20,435 bases of DNA from a virus (lineage: Duplodnaviria; Heunggongvirae; Uroviricota; Caudoviricetes), in IMG/VR virus record IMGVR_UViG_3300040801_002714, positions 1-20,435 of that record; one strand, written 5' to 3'. Shown piece after piece: positions 15,387-20,435 of this stretch. Position 1 is the first letter of the stretch; each line of letters starts with the position of its first letter. Below the pieces are notes generated by a model that was not told where the DNA came from, did no database searches, and was given only the letters and a program-made list of their open reading frames with translations. The position numbers and the translations under genes are program-made.

Positions 15387-16110
15387 GAAACTCCCCTTTG
15401 TGTGTCTCTACAACTGCTGTGCAATTCTCAACCCAGTCACCTGTGTTGATGTATTCCACATCGTCGTATACTGTCATTTGTGGATGATGAATATGTCCAC
15501 AGATTACCCCATCGTAATCGTTCTTGCGAGCATAGTCTGCTAATTGTTCTTCGAACTTGTTGATAAAGTTCACTGCTCGCTTTGTGCGATCTTTTAGGTA
15601 TTTACTTAGGCTCCAGTATTCCATGCCGAACATTTTTCTTATTGCGTTCAGCTTAGTATTGGCCCAGATTAATATCTCGTATGCTTTGTCGCCTAGGTGC
15701 ATGATCCACTTTAGGTCGGCTCGCATGAGGTTATCGAACATATCGCCGTGCACTACAAGATATCGTTTTCCTGACAGTGAAACATAATCTTGTCTATTCG
15801 ACACACTGATATTTCCAAAGCTAATCTCATCGCGAATGTACTGTCGCAGTGCTTCGTCGTGATTGCCGACTACATATTCGACTTGGGTGCCTTTGTTTGA
15901 TTTGCGAAGAACACAGCGTATGATTTCGGTATGGCGTTCCGGCCAATACACTCCCTTCTGCATACGCCAGCCATCAATTATGTCACCTACGAGATAAAGA
16001 TTGTCGCAGGTATTGTTTTTTAAAAAATCCAGTAGCTGCTCGTCTCGGCATCCTCTAGTACCCAAGTGAGTATCGCTAATAAAGATGCTACGATAGTCTG
16101 TCTTTTTCAT
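15349..16110 (-). CDS. plcP: PlcP-like metallophosphoesterase (often annotated UDP-2,3-diacylglucosamine hydrolase / LpxH2)
   Basis: FISDTHLG, LVGDIIDGW, GNHD (not the LpxH GNRD), HGDMFD, CGHIHHP, YINTGDWVE. Confidence 0.85.
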   Translation of the reverse strand: MKKTDYRSIFISDTHLGTRGCRDEQLLDFLKNNTCDNLYLVGDIIDGWRMQKGVYWPERHTEIIRCVLRKSNKGTQVEYVVGNHDEALRQYIRDEISFGNISVSNRQDYVSLSGKRYLVVHGDMFDNLMRADLKWIMHLGDKAYEILIWANTKLNAIRKMFGMEYWSLSKYLKDRTKRAVNFINKFEEQLADYARKNDYDGVICGHIHHPQMTVYDDVEYINTGDWVENCTAVVETHKGEFRVIHWSKNSNNK

Positions 16111-16130
16111 TCGGTTTGGCTCACATTCAA

Positions 16131-16508
16131 TTAAGGCCGGCGGCGTCGGACCGGAGGAGGAGTTGGTGCACCTGTTGGTTTTCTGTTGGCATAAGATCTT
16201 GCAGTTCTTTGCTTTTCTCTAATGTCGTTTGGATCCGGTTCTCGAAGTGCACGAATCACCACATCCTCTTCACGGCAATAATCAGGCCGGCCAATTTTGA
16301 TTTCGTATCCACCTGCCATCAGTGGAGCCGTTGGATGCTCATATACACACATTCTTCTCCCAACATATTCGAGCCAGTGCTTTCTATGCAGCCCAAGATC
16401 TTCGTCGTATATGCGAACTGGATACCAAGCAAACCATCGGTGCCAGCGGCATACACGACTTACTTTTATATCGAATTTCTCTTGTGCTGTAGGACTCACC
16501 CAATCCAT
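16131..16508 (-). CDS. 'WFAW.PV' paralog 4
   Basis: MDWVSPT...RWHRWFAWYPVRIYD. Start moved to ATG 16508 by alignment with the upstream paralog (MRWVSPS). Confidence 0.75.
   Translation of the reverse strand: MDWVSPTAQEKFDIKVSRVCRWHRWFAWYPVRIYDEDLGLHRKHWLEYVGRRMCVYEHPTAPLMAGGYEIKIGRPDYCREEDVVIRALREPDPNDIREKQRTARSYANRKPTGAPTPPPVRRRRP
16417..16445 (+). repeat. 29-bp direct repeat, copy 1
   Basis: ACTGGATACCAAGCAAACCATCGGTGCCA, identical to 16802-16830. Confidence 0.9.
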
Positions 16509-16509
16509 C

Positions 16510-16893
16510 TCATTGCGGTGGTTCGTAAATGCCTTCTGCTTCGGCAATCTCAGGATCACCCTTTGTGTCGTTTGGCCTTTCCCATTCGCCCTTTATTTGT
16601 GCTTTTCGCGCATCGTTGATTTCCGGTTCTCTTAGAGCTCTTACTACAACGTCTTCCTCGAAGCAGTATTCGACGTGACCAAGATATTGACGGTTAGTGT
16701 TCAATGAATATTCACCATAGCGGTGATACACAGTTTTTCGCCGGCCCACATTTTCGAGCCAGCACTTTTTGAAAAATTTGATTTCCGGATCATAGATGCG
16801 GACTGGATACCAAGCAAACCATCGGTGCCACCGAGCTTGTTTTTGTGCTTTAATCCAAAACTTTTGCTTGCTGCTAGGACTCACCCACCTCAT
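16510..16893 (-). CDS. 'WFAW.PV' paralog 3
   Basis: MRWVSPS...RWHRWFAWYPVRIYD...EEDVVVRALREP. Confidence 0.75.
   Translation of the reverse strand: MRWVSPSSKQKFWIKAQKQARWHRWFAWYPVRIYDPEIKFFKKCWLENVGRRKTVYHRYGEYSLNTNRQYLGHVEYCFEEDVVVRALREPEINDARKAQIKGEWERPNDTKGDPEIAEAEGIYEPPQ
16802..16830 (+). repeat. 29-bp direct repeat, copy 2
   Basis: Identical to 16417-16445. Confidence 0.9.
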
Positions 16894-17096
16894 CTCCCCC
16901 TAAGCTCCGTGACTAGTGCATCGTGCAAGAAGTAGTACTGCCACACCCAGTCTCCGTAAAACTGCGCATCGTGTGAATCCGCAACTCGACGTCTGGCTAC
17001 ACCGCGCAGCCAAATCATTTTGTGATATTCAACGTGCGGGTCCCAAACCCAAACAGGGCGCCATGCAAACCAAGGCTTCCACTGTGACACGACCAT
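16890..17096 (-). CDS. 'WFAW.PV' paralog 2
   Basis: QWKPWFAWRPVWVWD...WLRGVARR. Confidence 0.7.
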   Translation of the reverse strand: MVVSQWKPWFAWRPVWVWDPHVEYHKMIWLRGVARRRVADSHDAQFYGDWVWQYYFLHDALVTELRGR

Positions 17097-17101
17097 ACTA
17101 G

Positions 17102-17371
17102 TTATGCGTTGCCGACCAGGCGATCTGCTACAACATCACCAGTGTCACGATATTCGGTGAACCGATGATTATAGAACAATCCGTCTTTGTAAAGACGCTG
17201 CTGAACAGTGCGACGAACGACGCCTACACAAAAGCGCCAGCTTTTGGTACCGTCAGACTGAACGAGTTGCACAGGATGCCAGGCCCACCACTTTGACCAG
17301 AGACTGGTCTTTTCTTCGTAGATGCCATATCCGTCTTCGTTCATTTCCATTTTTGCATCTGTTCCGTCCAT
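17102..17371 (-). CDS. 'WFAW.PV' paralog 1
   Basis: LWSKWWAWHPVQLV...VGVVRR; SD GAGGA. Confidence 0.7.
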   Translation of the reverse strand: MDGTDAKMEMNEDGYGIYEEKTSLWSKWWAWHPVQLVQSDGTKSWRFCVGVVRRTVQQRLYKDGLFYNHRFTEYRDTGDVVADRLVGNA

Positions 17372-17374
17372 TGC

Positions 17375-17938
17375 TTAATCCTCTTTAGGCTTGTTACGGC
17401 GAATTTTACGTAAAGCTTTAATATCACTGTCACGCATAATAACTTCGTCGTTGCCGTAGTCAACCCAGGGAGTAAAGCGATTTCTGTCCAGCAAATCGTG
17501 CTGTGGAATACACCACACACCTGTGTTAGTGCCTTGGAAATCAGTATCGTCTACTTTTAGTACTAGATTCTTACTAAAGGTTTCGACGTAAGGCACAATG
17601 CAACTTACCATCGGAATAAAGTGGGGGTGCGCTGCATACTTGCCAGGCAATGTGTCTACCACAAACTGCTGAGCGCTTGCAGGATAGTCCAGTGTTACCC
17701 AGAAGCCTTCATCCAACAGAGCAGGAACAATCTCTGCCCATAGCTTGTTATTCTGAAAACTTCTATTAGCACCTAGATAAATGTGTGGACAGTTGTGTTC
17801 TCTTGCGAGATCAATCATTTGTTGAATACCACGAACACCTACAACAAAAAGTGTCTTCTTGCTAAATGCAGCACTGGTTTCGACTTCTGGTCCTACAAAG
17901 TACACAGCATCATCGTGGTCTTGTCTCTCGATAGTCAT
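17375..17938 (-). CDS. hypothetical protein near the DpdA-like gene
   Basis: 187 aa, YFVGPEVE...KTLFVVG...HIYLGANRSF...WVTLD...FIPMVS...LKVDDTDFQGTNTGVWC; SD AAGGA. Confidence 0.75.
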   Translation of the reverse strand: MTIERQDHDDAVYFVGPEVETSAAFSKKTLFVVGVRGIQQMIDLAREHNCPHIYLGANRSFQNNKLWAEIVPALLDEGFWVTLDYPASAQQFVVDTLPGKYAAHPHFIPMVSCIVPYVETFSKNLVLKVDDTDFQGTNTGVWCIPQHDLLDRNRFTPWVDYGNDEVIMRDSDIKALRKIRRNKPKED

Positions 17939-18135
17939 GATAGTTTTCCTTTAATAGTTTTTGCACACTGGCTAGCAGAACGGCCATTCATGTAACTGAG
18001 ACAGGCGTAGTCAAAAATCACAGCACCTAGCCCGCGGCCGTTAATCTGATGCTTGTCTGCATCAGCAATAAACTCCGACCCTAGCTCTGCTTTAACTTTG
18101 TCAAGATACTCGACTAACTTCTCAGGATTGGCCAT
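17935..18135 (-). CDS. hypothetical phage protein
   Basis: 66 aa; SD GGAG; overlaps both neighbours. Confidence 0.6.
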   Translation of the reverse strand: MANPEKLVEYLDKVKAELGSEFIADADKHQINGRGLGAVIFDYACLSYMNGRSASQCAKTIKGKLS

Positions 18136-19660
18136 TGCGAATCTCCGTTTCTAGTTCGTCTAGCTTCTCTTCTTCGGCTTCTGTGAAGCCTTCGTCTTCG
18201 GCGTGATCACTTTGCATCTCAAACATTTTAGCAAACAGCGGATTGTTCTCGCCGCCTTGTGTTCTTGAGCCGCTTACGTCTTGCAGGAAGTTTCTATTGT
18301 CCTCTAGCATCTGCATTGGTGCATCGCTAGTAAACAGATCCTCCACAAACTTATCAAAGAACAAGATGTTACGCGGTACCCATTTAGAGAATTCTCCGCT
18401 CTTGTCACTCTTCTTAAGCTTCTTCCATTCTGTAATGTCAGGACGGAATCTTGCAGTTTCGATAGCAGTCAAGTGGTTAGCAATTTGCACAGCACGGATA
18501 TGCTGGTAAACATTGTGCACCATTATTAGTGCATAACTCATGCTGTCCCAAGATGTCTTGCGCTCTTCGCCTTTAGTATTAAGGTTCTCTCCGGGTCCAT
18601 GGCGACAAATGTCACCTACAGTCATACGTCTACCGATCTCACTTTCGAAAGGATAAGGAATATCACTGCCTTTGAGGTCTTTATTATCTGGCGCTGGTTC
18701 CATGATATAACTGTAACGGCTGTTAGTGTGAATAGGAGCCGTGTAAGTCATCCCGTTCGCTGTTGCAATGAACGGACTAGCGCAGTCGAAGCTAATTTGT
18801 AAATTAGGATTAACGTGTTTGCGAAGCTGTCGCTGAACAGACGTAAGCATAGATGCCCAGTCCAGTCTCGAGGTACCGAGAAAGTGCATCCAGTCCTTGC
18901 CTTCTAGCCGGCCTTCGTCTCGCAGTATAATGAGTCGCTTGAGCGCAACATACATATCGCGCATATTCTTGCCACCCATTGCCCAGCCTTCGAACTCGTA
19001 ATCGCGCACAGACTCATACCAGTGCTGTGCTTCTTCCCAGTTAGATCCTTGTAGTACATTCAAGAATTTAGTCGCCCCTAAGCGATTGTCTAAGAAGAAT
19101 TCGTTGTTGAACTGTGTTGCATCCAAACAGTCTTGGAATGTTTTCAGTCCAGTGACTTTTGCTCTCAACGGGTTTGCAGCCCAGCTAGGCACATCAAGCA
19201 CCATGCTCCAGTCTGCTGTGTATTCTAGCCAATTGAGAATAGCCATTCTTGTGTTATCGGCGTTGCCTTTATAATTAGCATCGCCTTTCTTTTCGTAGAA
19301 GTTATCCCAGTCAAACTTGAGAACACCCTTACCAATCTGGAAACCACCGGAGTCGCCTAAGATCATAGTCTGTTCACGATCTCTCTGGTGAATCATTCTC
19401 TCAACGGGCTTTTCAGGATTAAGGCATTTTTCTAGATTAAGTTCAGCATGGCCCGCTGAATACAGAGCAGTGTCGTAATAGAAACTGCCTTTGTCTTTGT
19501 CTAGAAAGTTTAGACTATCGAAACCGTTTTCGAATGCGTCCGGTAATCTATCCTCGCCAATTTTTCCGTTCCAGCACGTATCGAGCATGGATGTATAGAA
19601 TCCGGAAATAGCCGGAAGGAATAGGGCATAGTCCTTCTTTTGCCCGTTAAGATCTTTCAT
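18122..19660 (-). CDS. dpdA: TGT-fold guanine transglycosylase, DpdA-like
   Basis: TGT motifs appear in the expected order: LGDSGGFQ, MVLDVP, NVLQG, GWAMGG, WMHFLG, ISFDCASP. At 512 aa it is longer than bacterial Tgt and lacks the CxCxxC zinc site. The subfamily is not determined. Confidence 0.75.
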   Translation of the reverse strand: MKDLNGQKKDYALFLPAISGFYTSMLDTCWNGKIGEDRLPDAFENGFDSLNFLDKDKGSFYYDTALYSAGHAELNLEKCLNPEKPVERMIHQRDREQTMILGDSGGFQIGKGVLKFDWDNFYEKKGDANYKGNADNTRMAILNWLEYTADWSMVLDVPSWAANPLRAKVTGLKTFQDCLDATQFNNEFFLDNRLGATKFLNVLQGSNWEEAQHWYESVRDYEFEGWAMGGKNMRDMYVALKRLIILRDEGRLEGKDWMHFLGTSRLDWASMLTSVQRQLRKHVNPNLQISFDCASPFIATANGMTYTAPIHTNSRYSYIMEPAPDNKDLKGSDIPYPFESEIGRRMTVGDICRHGPGENLNTKGEERKTSWDSMSYALIMVHNVYQHIRAVQIANHLTAIETARFRPDITEWKKLKKSDKSGEFSKWVPRNILFFDKFVEDLFTSDAPMQMLEDNRNFLQDVSGSRTQGGENNPLFAKMFEMQSDHAEDEGFTEAEEEKLDELETEIRNGQS

Positions 19661-19663
19661 TGA

Positions 19664-20404
19664 TTAAGTCCTTGCAGGAAGAATGTACTCGTAGTTGCCA
19701 AGACCGCTGTCGATGTCAATCTTCAGTGCGCCCTGATCTGAGAAGCTCATAGTGCAGCTTGCACTAGTTTCTTGCAGTTTTAGAATTGCAAGTACCTGAG
19801 GTAGCGGCCAACTCCACTGATGCTTTAGTTCGCCTTCAATGTCGCTAGCAAACACAAGAGCACTTCGGTCGTTTGCGCCAGAGCCAATCAGGAACTCTAA
19901 GTTGTCGCCGCGAGTCCTAACTGTGAATGTGCTCTCGAATGCGCCCAAGATGTTGTTCATGGATGTGAGGTCTTGCAGTGCGCTTTTTGTAGGAGTAATA
20001 ACCACATCCCACTGTGCACCCTTGAACGGTGGTACTTGGATCTGTTCCTTTGCCATCTCAGCGCTCATAAAGCGATAGCTAGCAACGTGTCCTTGGTTAG
20101 AATCAAATTTAACTTCACAAGGAATGTCTACCCCGTTGCGCTCCTGAGACACAATTTCTACTTCAGCGTTATCATTACTGAAGGGAGAAAAGTTCAAGTA
20201 GCCTGCCAGTACGCCTAGGCGAGACATACCAATAGTGCCTTCTAGTCCAGCGATAGCATTGTTCTGCTCGCCGTACATAACGACAGTTCTGTCTTGGTCC
20301 ATTGCTTCAAGCTTAACACCGTCTTCTTCGCCTGTTAGCTTTACCATTTCGATAAAGCCGAGACCAGAGGTATGCTTGATGATATCTAGAAAATTATCTA
20401 ACAT
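19664..20404 (-). CDS. putative DNA polymerase sliding clamp (gp45/PCNA-like)
   Basis: About 246 aa, acidic, with a two-domain beta-rich pattern and C-terminal YEYILPA. Resembles large-phage clamps from memory. SD AGGAG lies 6 nt before the ATG at 20404. Confidence 0.5.
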   Translation of the reverse strand: MLDNFLDIIKHTSGLGFIEMVKLTGEEDGVKLEAMDQDRTVVMYGEQNNAIAGLEGTIGMSRLGVLAGYLNFSPFSNDNAEVEIVSQERNGVDIPCEVKFDSNQGHVASYRFMSAEMAKEQIQVPPFKGAQWDVVITPTKSALQDLTSMNNILGAFESTFTVRTRGDNLEFLIGSGANDRSALVFASDIEGELKHQWSWPLPQVLAILKLQETSASCTMSFSDQGALKIDIDSGLGNYEYILPART

Positions 20405-20435
20405 CACATGCTCCTTTATTGTTATTAGATGTGCG

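Noticed and set aside
3356-15603. Additional TAAATA hexamers as late promoters (e.g. near 3356, 3846, 9864, 14408, 15598)
   Set aside because: They lie inside coding sequence and are expected by chance at this composition.
15349-16110. Annotation as the lipid A enzyme LpxH
   Set aside because: It has GNHD rather than GNRD and is paired with an Agt-like GT4, which fits PlcP better.
16417-16830. 29-bp direct repeats as a CRISPR array or att sites
   Set aside because: There are only two copies, 385 bp apart, both in-frame within paralogous coding sequences.
371-20218. All plus-strand ORFs in the track (e.g. 371-649, 656-988, 8554-8955, 9750-10295, 13522-13920, 16116-16619)
   Set aside because: Each lies antisense to a better-supported minus-strand gene, has no recognisable motif, and is explained as a shadow ORF.
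1-20435. Stop-codon reassignment, tRNA genes, introns/inteins and riboswitches (e.g. preQ1)
   Set aside because: Genes tile tightly in code 11 using TAA, TAG and TGA stops. I saw no cloverleaf, split gene, intein motif or preQ1-like aptamer by eye, but no covariance-model search was run.

Overview
This is a 20.4 kb segment of a large lytic dsDNA phage genome, probably a T4-like or jumbo myovirus (inferred). About 45 densely packed genes all lie on the minus strand in the standard genetic code. Replication-type genes (putative sliding clamp, T4-RNase-H-like 5' nuclease) bracket a dispersed 7-deazaguanine pathway: a DpdA/TGT-like transglycosylase, a QueE with a large insertion, and a QueD-fold protein with an LxxxHRHxF motif. 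A GT-B glycosyltransferase, a purine phosphoribosyltransferase and a HIT hydrolase sit between these genes. Inserted among them are host-like genes: a plcP-agt-like phospholipid-to-glycolipid remodelling pair, peptide deformylase, an HtrA protease with a signal peptide and a ribosomal L7/L12-like domain protein. There is also a four-gene tandem 'WFAW.PV' paralog array. All five near-consensus sigma70 promoters I found have their -35 TTGAC overlapping the upstream gene's TGA stop, two appear to give leaderless mRNAs, and three share an ATATTCA motif. All family calls come from motif recognition by eye, and no searches were run.
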